From: Antedon mediterranea
Lineage: Eukaryota; Animalia; Echinodermata
DNA: 64,000 bases
Direction of reading: 5' to 3'
Assembly (NCBI RefSeq): GCF_964355755.1
Contig: NC_092672.1
Coordinates: 28,030,437-28,094,436 of the forward strand
Part shown: one piece after another, positions 38,701 through 52,000 of the stretch
Numbering within the stretch: the stretch's first letter is position 1
How the letters are laid out: each line of letters opens with the position of its first letter
Notes under the pieces: model-generated
The model's input: the letters and a program-made list of their open reading frames with translations, nothing else
Told to the model about the DNA's origin: nothing
Databases searched by the model: none
Program-made: the position numbers and the translations under genes

Positions 38701-40925
38701 TGATTCTTTTTCATAAAAGTGCTAATTCTAAGGTGTGGTATTCAGAATAAATGCTGGGAGTTAACATACAAGGCAGGTGCGAAAGATAAATATTTGTAAT
38801 CTTTGTTCTTGGGTCTTAGCTTTCGTGATCTTAGATCTTAGGGGGTCTTAGCTTTCGTGGTCTTAGGTTTCGTGACACCCTATGAAGGACACAAAATCCT
38901 GACTGACAACTCGTGGGAAGACGCACTGCTTATCAGTACATTAACATGCGGTCAGTTGACTGTGGTTTTTGGCGTCTTTTATATAAGCCGCCATCGCGGG
39001 CATCTCATACACAATTGTGACGCTGTGCTGTGCGTGTGAGGCCACCTTAAAAAAATACACTCCTACTAATCGTATGTAACGCGCTAGCGATCAGCAAAAC
39101 GAACGTACTTTCGTGGCTGGCTGTCACTCCAATACTCAATCTTTCACAGGCCCGTAACCAGGGGGGATCGGGGGATCGTATCCCCCGCTGAACAGCGAGT
39201 TCCGCTTGGCCTCCCACTTTTTTTTTGCTACTACGATTGTTTACTACAGGTCTAGTCAAGCCTTAATAAATTTAATTAATATAAATCGACATAAGAATAT
39301 AAAGTATATTTTAACTAAAATATAAAAACCTAACACTAAATTTACAAGATAAATTCTATTTGATAACTGCTGAACATCGTGGTTCTGGAGCTGGCCGTAC
39401 ACAGAGCATAGTTGTTTGCTTGACATAAAAGGGTATTCCCCTACACAGGTCTCTGCGTGCGTGTGACGTGCCCAGCCAGCTGCTTGATAGTATAGAGAGA
39501 AAGCATGCAGCTCACGCAAGTGCAAGATGCAATGGTTGAGTGAATTCAGGGATCATCTTAATTCCATGGTTTGTTACCTAAACACCACATGATGGTGAAT
39601 ATGCCTGTTAAAGTCTCAATGATACGATCCCTTAATGTACCATGTTGTTGCTAGGAGGCTTAAAGGGAGGAGGGATCTAGCCTAGTTTCGGTCGGCAAGA
39701 GAATGCCGTCCTCTGACAATTTAAGGTCGGCAATAAGGTCGGCAATTGAAATTCGTGGGCTGGAAATTATACCAAATTATATAGTTCATAAACAAAAGAG
39801 ATTAGCCGGAAATGCGATTTGCGGCCATACATTGGCCTATAGAGAAAAAAAAATTCGAGGGTATGGTTCCACTAAACAACTAAAGCTTGGTTCCCACTAG
39901 AACGTAATGCAAGGACGTAAACGCAACGCAAGCGTTTTAACCAATGACAAGCGAATAAGCCATCGCTTGTGATTGGTCAATTCACGTGCGTTGCGTTACG
40001 TCCTTGCGTTGCGTCGCTAGTGGGAACCACGCTTTAACGATCCACCCCGCCGTCAAACCTGGTTACGGCCCTGTTTCAGTCTTCTAACCGGAAAAATTAC
40101 TACCTTTGCCAGGTGCGGATCCAATGTTAGATTGGGTTTTCACATGTTCAAATGTTATGTCACCTGAGTTTTTAACGGTGGAAAATGTACGATCATTTTG
40201 CTGATTGCTGTGCAATAAATGGGAGTGTTATTTCCAGGCCAACTACTACTAGTTGGAGGCGCCATTTATCATGAATTTTATGTGCGAGAGTCCATTTCTG
40301 ACGATCTAGGGGTGTCATTTACCAAAATTCGCTTCGCCACAGCCCCCACCATGGGGGGCTGTGGCTCAAGTACTTGGTGTCTGGAAGGATTTGCCCCTCT
40401 TTGCCCCCCCCCCCCCTGACAAGACCCCGCTTGTTACGCGGCTGGTTTAACATTTTTGTATGCCTGGTGCTTAAGATTTTTATTTTCTTTGGATTCATTT
40501 TGAATATAGTTTTTACTTATTGAACATATTACAACAAATTGTCATTGCTTTAAAAGTTTATAATAATACAACATTAGTATTGTTACTATCACAATAAAGA
40601 TCATAAGCTATACAATATCCCATCGTTCTTGTTGTTGTTAGAAGACGCGATATTGCATGTTGTTTTTTGTCGCTATACTTGATACTGCATATAAAATCAT
40701 TATTTTTGTAAATGGATTTTGATATTATTGAAATTGAGATTATAATCTATTTCTTTTCAGAATACATTTAAACAATGGTCGTTTATTTTTATAATGAATG
40801 CGGCCATACTGCTATTTGGAATGGTGTTTTTTCTTATATTTGCCAAAGGAGAGGTGCAAGACTGGTCGAAAGAAGACACAGAACAAGAACAGAAAGAAAC
40901 AACATACTTAATCAAATCAGAATAG
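29724..40925 (+). CDS. SLC17-family (sialin / Na-dependent phosphate cotransporter-like) MFS anion transporter; complete, 10 exons, ~463 aa
   Basis: Exons 29724-29745, 31857-31990, 32796-33029, 33599-33686 (GC donor), 34182-34277, 35133-35260, 35753-35902, 36577-36709, 37100-37341, 40761-40925. Total 1392 nt with matching phases. SLC17 motifs YCTRINMSIAM, YNWD..TQQIVLGAFYIGY...IPGG, RVLDG, KW...ERS, GGWP..FY, VPWKAIFTS..VWAI, NTRK, DLSSKYAG, W..IF, GEVQDW. Confidence 0.9.
29860..30800 (+). mobile_element. Degraded CR1-type LINE fragment in SLC17 intron 1 (paralog of 12575-13500)
   Basis: ORFs 30256-30492 and 30592-30789 carry CR1 ORF2-like peptides (IPSELQFNN..KSNLLNTF; FPIKWKQANVCPIFK). Confidence 0.6.
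31312..31806 (+). mobile_element. Segment present only in unit B, containing a CR1-like 3' end
   Basis: Missing at ~15785 in unit A. Contains ggacatcac...gtgatgcc (stem) followed by (TCAA)n, typical of CR1 3' termini. Confidence 0.45.
34350..34560 (+). mobile_element. tRNA-derived SINE remnant
   Basis: Pol III A-box-like TGGATTAGTGG (~34359) and B-box GGTTCAAATCC (~34403), with no complete cloverleaf. Confidence 0.5.
37810..38880. mobile_element. Foldback MULE-like MITE
   Basis: TIRs GGGTGTCACGAAACCTAAGACC... made of ctaagac subrepeats, with further internal inverted homology (38270-38375 vs 38550-38680). Flanks TATGAAATAC / TATGAAGGAC suggest a diverged 10-bp TSD. Confidence 0.75.
39147..40073. 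mobile_element. Second hAT5-like non-autonomous element (5-bp TSD)
   Basis: TIRs CAGGCCCGTAACCAGG...CCTGGTTACGGCCCTG. Perfect TSD TTTCA at 39142-39146 and 40074-40078. Confidence 0.8.
39884..40033. mobile_element. ~150-bp palindromic MITE, PIF/Harbinger-like; relatives at ~35605-35634 and ~59205-59345
   Basis: AGCTTGGTTCCCACTAG...CTAGTGGGAACCACGCT flanked by TAA/TTA. The body is largely self-complementary. Confidence 0.65.
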
Positions 40926-43439
40926 TATTAGTAGTATTAACCGAATCACACAGTAATTCTGTAGTGGAGCAGTAGTGTTGTGTATAAACTTCAAATCCTT
41001 AAAGTTTAGGTTTCAATCCTAGTCTAGTACAATTTAACTCCGGGGTACAGCATATTAGCTCAAATTGAATTAGGTGTCACTATAATTATCACTTTACGAT
41101 TTTGCTTGAACTTTTTTTTTAAAGCGAGGTACTTTTGTACCGGCGCGTTAGTTCGTTTATACAAATGTGTCCTACTGCACACATAAATCAATTATACTGG
41201 GAAGGTTTACATGAAATTTTGAAATATAGCGGAAAAATAGTGTTTTTATCTCTACCCCCCCCCCCCCCCCCCTTTTCCTCCATATTTCTGTTCGTTTTAC
41301 AATGTTTGCTATTGCAGACACTCTATAAACATTGTGTATCGAAATTAGCACAATTGTAATAGGGACTGTTTCTATTGGACTAATAACTATTAATATTATT
41401 ACTGTAGCCATAATAAGGTGTCTCTTAATAGGGGTCTCCAAATACGGGTTATCAAATATGCCTACTTTTGGATAGTTCTAACTGTTCATCGTCAATAAGG
41501 TTGGGAGGGTTATATGCCACAACTTCACAGTAAAAAAGTACTCTATATTTAAAACGTGTAAATGAAAATAAAGGCATACATGTCTTATATATCTTGGGAT
41601 CTTTATTTCACTTTAAAAAAACATCAAAACAATAAAAATCCGTAGCAGCCTAATAGCTGGATTGAGGATTTTTTTTACAAAAGCCTTGAATTAAACACAT
41701 CAAATCAAAAAATTTCATACTAATAATAATCTACAAACATTTATTTATAATTTTTTTTTTTAAATCAGTGACAAGAATGCGATATTGATAATATTTAAAG
41801 ATTATACTGTGAGATACAAGAAGGCGGCCAAGGTTGTTTTTTTTATTGAAGACAATGCAAGAATATGCCCTTTTGGTGCACAGACTAAGTGTTTGAATAA
41901 TCCCGAAAAATCCTGGATCAGGACTACTACTAATACTACTACTATGTTCTGATTGCGATGAGGATGAAATAAGTGATAACCAATAATAGTAAGATATTTT
42001 TTTTAGACGCGTATCCACCAAAGTGCTCAAGGCGCCTGTGAAAAACCAATGGAAACTAATCCGAAAACCTAAAAAAAGCAAGCCAAAAACCACATAATTG
42101 CATTTTTAATTCGGTATATAAAAACAAACATGTTCTAACCAATATTTGCAAAATTAATTTTTTTCAGTTTTATAATTTCTTACCCATAATCAAAGCAATG
42201 CAATAAAAGACTAAATTGTGCTTCAATACATTGGTTATAATACATTATACAGGGTATATAGTCCAGTCAATCTAGTGATATTTAGAGGTAAACCCACCAC
42301 AAATTGCAATAGTAACGAAACATTGATTTTTTCATTCCAAATGTAGTTTATAATGACATATTAAAAGTCACCAAAAATTGAAGCATTGGAACACTTTATT
42401 TTTTACGTAATCTCAACAACTATATAGCGATTTTATTCCGTAAATATTTTTGGGGTAGGGGGTAACATTTATGCCCATAACTTGTGGTTTTTTAATCCAA
42501 TCTCAATAATCTTGATATCAATGTGTAGAATATATATGTTTTTCTAATATGCAATTTAAAAAACCAAAATACAACACCTATTTATATAACTAGAGGTCAA
42601 AAGGTTATTGACCTTTTACAAAAACTCATTTTTTTCCATAAAAAAAATGATTAACTGTAATATCGTATGCCATAATTTTGGATGCATTTAATCAAAATTG
42701 TGTTTTTTCTGTACCTATCGATATATAGAATAGGAAACATGATGTTAACTAGAAGAATTTTTAAAAGTAATGATGTACTATTCTTATTGAAATTGATTCT
42801 TGATCAAATGTAATGTAAACAATTTTGTGGTAGGGGTAGCGTTTATGCCTATAATCCATTGTTTTATAACCATATCTAAATAGCTTTAGTACCAATGTGT
42901 ATAGTATATATATCCTACTAATATACATTAAAAAAACAATTAATACAACAGTTATACGTAACTAGAGGTCAAAAGGTCATTGACCTTTTACAAAAACTCA
43001 AATTTTTCCTAACAAAATTATTAACTGCAATGTCTTATTCCATAATTGCCGATGCATTTGATGAAACTTGTGTTTAGAGGTAACATTTATGCCTGCCAAT
43101 AAAATCTAAATAACTACAAATGTGTATAATATGTATTTCTTACTCTAAAAACTAATTGATACAACAGTTGTTATGTAACTATAGAGGTCAGTGACCTTTT
43201 ACGAAAACTCAAATTTTCTTAAAATAGCGTAAAACTAAATTATGTTTATTTATATATTGGAAGTATTTGGTGCAAATAATGTTTTTCCTGTACCTATTGT
43301 ATCGTCATGAAATAGGAAAAATGATGCTAGCTAGAAGAACATTGGAATTCATTAGCGGTATGTACTATTCAAGAATCAATTTCTTGATAATTTGGAATCA
43401 ACTCATGATTTAGGCCTAGTATAGATAGATTTTTGATGA

Positions 43440-44200
43440 TTTTAGTATCAACGAATGTACGTAATGACAAGTATTGGATCTCCCCAGGGTTGCGTCCTCT
43501 CTCCTCTCCTGTATATTATATACACGGATGATGACTGTCGCAGCAAACAGGACAATAGTCATCTTGTCAAATTTGCTGACGACACTGTCTTGCTGTCTCT
43601 CCTTAAAAATTCACAGGACGGCCATGGTTCCGCATTAGATGGAAGTGAATGTGACCAAAACCAAGGAGATGATTGTAGATTTTAGGAAGGAGAAAGGACG
43701 CAGCTCTCTGGTAGCCCTCATAAATGACGAACCAGCAAAATTGTCCATTCCTTTAAATACGTAGGACAATCTCAGCTGGGAATTAAATACAGAGGCAATA
43801 GTAAAGAAAGGGCACCAGAGACTTTATCTGTTAAGGAAGCTGAACCATTTTAATGTCGATAAAGTAATTCTCAGGGTTTTTTATAATTCCTTTATTGAGA
43901 ACGTTTTAACTGTTTTACTTTATATGCTGGTTTTTTAGTCTTAGGGTAAAAAATTCTAAAAAATGTTAACCATGCCTTGTTCAGTGATTTCGAGCTCATG
44001 CCTCATGGGCGTCGCTTTCGATGCCTGGCATGTAGAACACACCGTAAAAGAAATTCTGTTTTGCCAGTTGCCACCCGACTCTTAAATTCTTGAACTTTGA
44101 CTCTTGTTATATTGTACTGTGTATTGTGATATTTTTGTATATTTTGTAAGATCATTTTAATCCAGACCTTTTTATTTGAATTGCCCCGTGTGGGATGATA
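43440..44200 (+). mobile_element. Rex1/Babar-like LINE RT fragment (decayed) inside the Academ element
   Basis: GSPQGCVLSPLLYIIYTDDDCRS...LVKFADDT, followed by frameshifted KTKEMIVDFRK and QRLYLLRKL motifs. Confidence 0.7.
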
Positions 44201-46033
44201 TTGTTTAATCCTTCAAATAGAAAAGGACTCACAACTATGTCATCAGTATCACTTTCTTGTTCGGGTATCAGTACAGTGCAATGCCGTTGCATTCACCACA
44301 TGTAGTTATAGTTACCCTTGAAGGCTTCAAGGAGATACTCAGGTGCTGGCTTTAAGTCTGTGTGTAGAGGAACCATGTTTCCATCATCTGATCTTCCATC
44401 CCCAATCTTCGGTACACATATCAACCCCACTCCATTGCTAAAAGATAACTTGAACTTGAACTTGAACATGATGTTATGTACCTTGGTTGTGGTACGATTA
44501 TGAAGTTATATATGCAAGGTTGTACTTGTAGATGGGATGGAGTCAAAGGCATTCCACGTTCTCCAGGTCGTCTATTGTACAGACACACTAAATCATTTTC
44601 TCTAGCAACCAGAATGTCATCCTTTGTAGCTTGTTTGCATCTGAAGACTACAGCATAATGTCAGAAATAAGTGCAATGACAAGCTTTTTTTAGAGCCACT
44701 TGTTTTCCAATTCCGAAAACTCTGTATGTTTTGTCACCAGTATCGCATGAGCAAACAGAAGGTTATCACAGATGTCTCTCAAAAGTACTGTTTGAACCAG
44801 TTTGATAGTCCAGCATCTCAGTTCCAGTCTAAAGAATATCACAAGATGTTTTAAATGCTTGATTGCAGAGGAGCACTAGATAGATCCGTGTCATCGGATA
44901 ATGACAGATGTTTTCCTGTTTGCTGATTCAATGGTTTTTTGTACTATCCGAAATAACATCTGCATCAGCAGCTGCATTCACTCATTGCCATTTTGTTCAA
45001 GTACCGGTACTAATTACGAAGATTTATAAATTGTCGTTTGTTACAGAAAGTGATCCTATTTTGTGGAACATGTCACTGGTAAAATGTACAGGGATACTAC
45101 CACCTGACCCGCCTTACCATGTGCGCCATCTTTGGTGGATGAGCCGCTTTCATAATCATCAAAGACTATGATGGCAGATCGCATCAAGTCTCTATACTAT
45201 TCCATGAAATGCTGTGCAGTAGAGCACTACCATCTAGAATGTAGGCCTATCGGACATCATTCAGTGAGTTGGATGTGTTAGACTATTCATTGTTTCCACA
45301 TGGCATCATGTTGGTTTATTAGCTGAAAGTATTGTAAGTTTTTTTTTTTTTTCTTTTTTTTTTTTTTCATTTTTTTTTATTCATTTCAAAAAATACAACC
45401 ATAACACAAATCACTTAAATATAAAGTAATAGGTATCAAAAAGATTGGAACGTTTAAATAAAGTAACTTACAGTGATCAAACAATATTAAAAACTATAAA
45501 TTATTAATTCCATTTTTTTTTTAAAGTAAATAATTAATTAATTTGGTAAATGCTGTGTTTTCCACAATTATGTAACCAATCTAACTAAATATAATTGTAT
45601 TAATCAAATTAGCCAGAGATATACATTTACTAACATATTAATTTTTTTTTTGTCTTTACATAGCAATAATAAATAATACTCATATTTATACATACACATA
45701 CATACACACAAATATATCTTAATCTGTACTATTACCAAGGAACTATAATATAATTGTGTTAATTAAAATCAGATACATACATTTAACAACATAACCATTT
45801 TTGTTTCTTTAAAATAATACATATATATTAATAAAATACATATTTTTAATTATCTGTATTGTAACCAAGGAACTAATAGTATGCCTATAATAAATACTTA
45901 AATATATCTAACAAGTGCAAATAATAATTTCTGGTTTACATTTTAATTTAATACAATAATAAAGAGCAAGCGTAATAATAATAATAATACACAAAAGTAA
46001 GTCATTTCCTCGAGAAACAGTATCGTTAAGTTA

Positions 46034-49000
46034 TCAAATATAATCTTCTATTAATCTCCACTTTTGTCTGAAATTATACAATGTACTTCTTTTAGAAGCA
46101 ATGTTTTTCTCTACGTTATAATTAAATTTTAACCGATTAAAGAAAACCTGGAAGACTGGCTTTTTGTGAGTTAATTTGTAACTAAATATAATTTTCTTAA
46201 TCAACAAAATACATAGATTTAATAACATATCAGGATTTTCTGTATTGTAACCAAATAATATGGAGGTTTTATCAAGGTAAATCTTTGTTTTTGAAATGTT
46301 TTCCCACCAAGTTGTGAATTCATCCCATAGTTTGGTTGCAATGTTACATTCAACCAAAAGATGGGTCATAGTTTCACTATTTGATTCACAATAGGAACAC
46401 ATATTACTCGGCACAATATTCATTTTATGTAGTCTACTATTAGTTGACAAGCAATTCACATTAATTTTATACTGAAATATTCTGGTTCTTACCTCCTGAG
46501 AACATTTAAATGGTAATACATAGATATTTTCCCATTTATCGCTATCTACACCTAATTCATCCTGCAATTTACTTTGAGATGTTGGTATTTTAAAGATTTT
46601 TTTAATTAAGGCTCTGTATATATTTTTTGTACTCATACTTTCTAATTCTTTCTCTTCATTCTTTACTTCCACTATAAACCCTCTCTTTTTATAATTTGTT
46701 CGTAAAAACCCTAGCTTCATGTTTGCTTTCCACTGTGGGGGTATTGCAGATATCGTCATTCTCCAGTGCATGAAATTACTTGTCGATAAGCCTCTCTTTA
46801 TCCACGTATTAAAGGGAATGATATTACCGTTTTCATAAAAAAGGTCGCTTACTAAACATATCCCAACATCTCTGAGGCTCTTGTAATAAAATGGCTTGCC
46901 ATGTATATGCATGTGCCTATTAAACCATATATATTGGGACCCTTCGTTTACTGTATCAGGATGTATTAATTCGAAATAAGCGTTTAACATATCCTTATAA
47001 AACAATGGAATATTTTTCCAACTACGGACACAGTCCGCGCTTACATTACAATAAAAAATAGTGTCGCCTCCTTGCTTATTTAGGAACCTATGTAGTAGAG
47101 ATCTACATGCTGCATTGACATTTATGTTATATCGTTGTATCCATTTTATCTTTAATGCCTTAAACATACTTTTGATATCTACCATTTTTAAGCCGCCTTC
47201 TTCAATATTCCCAATTAATGTTGTTCTTTTTATCATACCTTTACCACCGTTCCATAAGAAATTAAATAGAATTGTTTCAATTGATTTAACTACATGGGGC
47301 GGTATATGTATGACAGATGCTAAATATATAAATTGGGATATTGCGAATGTTTTAATTAAAATTATTTTTCCTGCTAAGGTTAGTTGTCTGGTTCTCCATA
47401 TGTTTAATATTGTTTTTAGTTGTTTAATTTTCGTTTCGAAATTACATTTTTCCCGTTGTCTTTCATTATAAGAAAAGTAAACTCCTAATGCTTTTACTGG
47501 TTGTTGTGGCCATTGCATATGTATTGGTTTGTTTTTACATCGCCTATTTGAACCAAGCCATATAGCCTGCGATTTGCTTATATTTAATTTCAAGCCCGAT
47601 ATTTTTGAAAATTTCTCTATTAAGTTAATTATATTTTTTGCTGACACTTCATCTTTCAAAAAGCATGTGGAGTCGTCTGCATATTGAGTTATTTTAATTT
47701 CTCTATTATTTACTGCAATCCCCTTAATAGTTTTATCGTCTCGTATGGCACATGCTAGTAATTCTATTGATAGGATAAATAAGTAAGGGCTGAGGGGGTC
47801 ACCCTGTCGTACACCCCTTCCAACTGGAAAATAACTTGATGACTGCCCATTATTTATCACGCAACTACTTATATCAGTATATAATGCTTTTATGAATTGA
47901 ATAAATTTTTCTCCGAGGTTTACTTTTTTTAAAACTTGAAACAAAAAACCCCATTCAAGCGAATCGAATGCTTTTTCATAGTCCAAAAAAAAGCATAATT
48001 CCTGGAATATTTTTTATTTTGGTAAACTCCATAATATCTTCAATTGTTCGTACTGACTCGCCAATGTATCGGCCCTTTACAAAACCGGTTTGATCAATGT
48101 GGATAAGGGAAGGAATAAACTGGCTCAATCTAGTGGATAGTGCTTTCGATGCTATTTTGTAGTCCACATTTAGTAATGATATGGGTCTCCAATTCTTTAA
48201 TTTGCATCGGTCTTTGCCTTCTTTTTCAATAAGAGTTATTACCGCCTGTCTCTGTGAGGTACTCATTTTTCCGCTATTTAAACCTATATTAAGTGTTTTT
48301 ACCATTATTGGACCTATAATATCCCAGAATTTTAAATACCATTCGTTTGATAAACCGTCATTACCAGGGCTTTTATTTTGTGGCATGCTTTTTAGGGCAT
48401 TGTAACATTCTCGAATTGTCAGGTCTCCTTCACAGATTATATTACTTTCTTCAGTTAAAGTTGGGATACTTTCGCTATTGAAAAAACTGTTATCTGTAAG
48501 ACTTTCATTTATTTGAGTATTCGATTTGTATATTTTTTCGTAATAATCTTTTTGTAAATTTAATATATCTTGTGGATTATTTATTTCTATCTCTGCATCT
48601 GTTATTATTTTTTTACATTGTTTTTTTCTATTATTCCTTTTTTCTAAACCTAGGAAATATTTATTGCTTTTTTCTCCTTCTTCTGCCCATTTAATCCTCG
48701 ATCTTACAATAAGGCCATTGATCAGCTGTGCATCCAGCTCCTCTAGCTCCAGTTTAACTCTCTCTAATTCTAATAAATTTATTTCACTTGTATCTTCTGC
48801 GACTTTAATGTCCAGTTGGATCATTTTCAAATTCAGTTCTTCTATTTTTTTTTTTTTTTTTTTACATTGTTTTTTGGAATAATTAATCGTTTTTTCCCTA
48901 CATTTAAATTTTAGCCACTCCCATTTGACTTGCTCGTCTGATATTTCGTTGTTTTCAATCCACTCCCTTAGATGCGTGTTCATTTCATTTATATAATTAA

Positions 49001-52000
49001 TATCATTTAAGTGCGAGTTATTGAATTTCCAGTGACCTGGCCCTCTATTAGATTCTTTTTGTAATTGGATTGTAATTGAAACCGCCGAATGATCGGTTCG
49101 TAAACTTGGAAAGATATCACTGTTTATAGTAAATTCTTTCATACTATTATCTATATATAAATTTACGTAAGGGCAAAATTCGGTAAATCGCGCCTTACTT
49201 CTAGAATTTTCACTCGATGGTATGTAAAGTTGGTTCGTACTTTCGGTACTTATTTTAACCGCCTGATGTAACCCTGTTTACTAATTAAATTGAGTTAGAT
49301 AATTAGTTATTGACGATTAAAACGAATTTAGGTTCAAAGATTTGCCCCAAATAGGGGTGTTTTCCGATCGTGGTATACACTGTCTAATGGATGTCCATCT
49401 TGAAAAATACCCGCCAAAAAAATGCGAGGAGGCTTCGCATTTTTCTATCTCCTCCTACGATAATTGTTTTTAATAGCTGAAAACCGGTTGAACAGCTAGA
49501 GTACACCATCATAATGTTGAAGACAGGCCGATTTTCTTTAAAAAATACTATTTTGATAGATTTAATATACGATTATACAAATGTATTGATTTGCGATGAA
49601 TGGAACATCCCAATCTCTCAGTCTGCCAGAGTTGGTTTAACACAAGTACTGTAGGTAAATTTATGAGCCCTTGGTTTAACACATACGGTAGGTAAATATA
49701 TGGGCCCTTTGAGAATAAACTTGCAATACTTTGACAATACTGTAAATACCTATTAACTATTTTTCATTTGAATCGAACATTTCTTACTGTGAATGTTCGT
49801 ACTGTTAGATGTAATATAAAAATATATACAAATAAACTTTATTACTGAGACTGTGGATAGGCTCTACTGTTAGATATACAAATAAACTTTATACTGACAG
49901 TTCCTTCTCAACGTTTGTATTAATTAATAATTACCAAAAATATAAACGTCGTAGTGGTGTATCGTGACATGTACTTTAATATTTCAATCGATTATGACAG
50001 TGACAATTTTAACAAAGTATTAAATCGCAAATGTTTTAGGCCTACTGTATTTAGAGGTATATTATTTATAGGCCTATAAAACATGAACAAAATATTTCGT
50101 TACTCAGTGGATAAAGAATATATTTAAAAATTGTTCCTCTTTGTACCTATCCGCTTTCCCATCCCTCAACCCTAATGTTACATAGCGAGGAGGCTTCGCA
50201 TTTTCCTATCTCCTCCTACGATAATTGTTTTTAATAGCTGAAAACCGGTTGAACAGCTAGAGTACACCATCATAATGTTGAAGACAGGCCGATTTTCTTT
50301 AAAAAAATACTATTTTGATAGATTGCTAGAGTACACCATCATAATGTTGAAGACAGGCCGATTTTCTTTAAAAAATACTATTTTGATAGATTTAATATAC
50401 GATTATACAAATGTATTGATTTGCGATGAATGGAACATCCAGTAGTTTGGTTTAACACAAGTACTGTAGGTAAATTTATGAGCCCTTGGTTTAACACATA
50501 CGGTAGGTAAATATATGGGCCCTTTGAGAATAAACTTGCAATAGGTTCGGAAAATGTTAAAAACCAATTTCTATTATTTGAATCGGTAAACAGTTTCCAT
50601 TTATTATACATTGATAATGAAACATGAAATATTCCTATTTATGTCCCTCGAGGTTCATTACAATTTATATTTAGTAGTCCCACGGACTTCATCTTAGCCA
50701 CTCCCCCGAGTGCTAAGGCCAAATTTATGATACCCTACTTTCTATGTAGTTACAGTTAGTTCTTGACGATAATAATAATACAACGAATTTAGGTTACACC
50801 CTTCGGCCGCGAAAACGTTTCTGTACAAATATGATACCGATTGGCTTTATTTCATTCAACAGCGACCATAATCTCGGCAATTACAGGATAGATAAACTAT
50901 TTTATTATTGATGTGCTTATAAATTAAGACTCATGTAAACAGCTTGATTACATCATTTTACAGACAAACGAAACTTTTTTAAACCTACTGTTTCAATAAC
51001 TGAGTATAATACTGTATACGTTTTCATAAGTAAGTGCATATACATTTTCGTGTTTTCATTGACGAGATTGTAATAGTAACTTCAGTAACTATTACAGTAC
51101 TTATTTATTATACGACACAAGACAATTGTATCTGACAGGTACGTACATTATTCTAAAAAATAAGTCTAGATAGATCCCTTAGGCGTCATAAATCACAGGC
51201 CAACAAATCAGTACTCATGACAGAAATTCGACCCAGTTTGGTTCACACAAATGTTTACAGGAAGTTCAACACCACAACCGATGATTTGCCCTAAATATTT
51301 AGGTAGACTACAGTTTAATTTTTCACTGAATAGGAGCTTGAATTTCCGATTTCCATTTCGCAGAATGTCTAGGTCTATTTATTTAGTTTGGTTCTTATAA
51401 TATATAAATACAATCAACTTTATTACTGCGGTTCCATCACCACCACCACGTGCTGCCGCCCAATTCCCGTACATACATTTCCATTTCTCCCTAATTTCTT
51501 TAATCCACATAAATTAATTGTCCTTTATGGAATCCAGTATTGGTTTTGTTGTCTCTATTTCTGAATACCCCAATTAGGGGGACACTTCCGTTTTTGTTTA
51601 GTGTCCCAAAAAAGTCCCCGTCCGTGGATTCTACTGTATTCGAGAACCATCTGTGAGCACCCCTAGATGGTACGCGAGCGAAGCGAGCGTGCCATCTAGT
51701 TTATTAGAAAATAATCTAATCTGCATTGTACCAGGGGTTTACGTTGTCTCCATGTATACCTACATTCCAATGGATGCATATCTCTCCATATATCAATTAA
51801 GTCAAAGGCATCTATAATTTCTATAATTTTATCGACTACATTTTGTTTTTGTTTGGTAGATCCCCCCCTTTTATCTACTTCATTTAATGTACAGTTAAAA
51901 TCTCCACCAAGTATAATATTTTCCCACCCATTGTTATGTTTTTCAATGATTATATTTTTTAAGTTCTCATAATATTTAATCTTCATTTGCTCAGTGTTAG

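Larger units (their letters stand above)
37567..40444. mobile_element. Non-autonomous hAT-like element in SLC17 intron 9, hosting nested elements
   Basis: Imperfect TIRs CAGTGGCGTAACAGGCGGGG / CCCCGCTTGTTACGCGGCTG. Diverged 8-bp TSD GTTTAATT / GTTTAACA. Confidence 0.65.
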
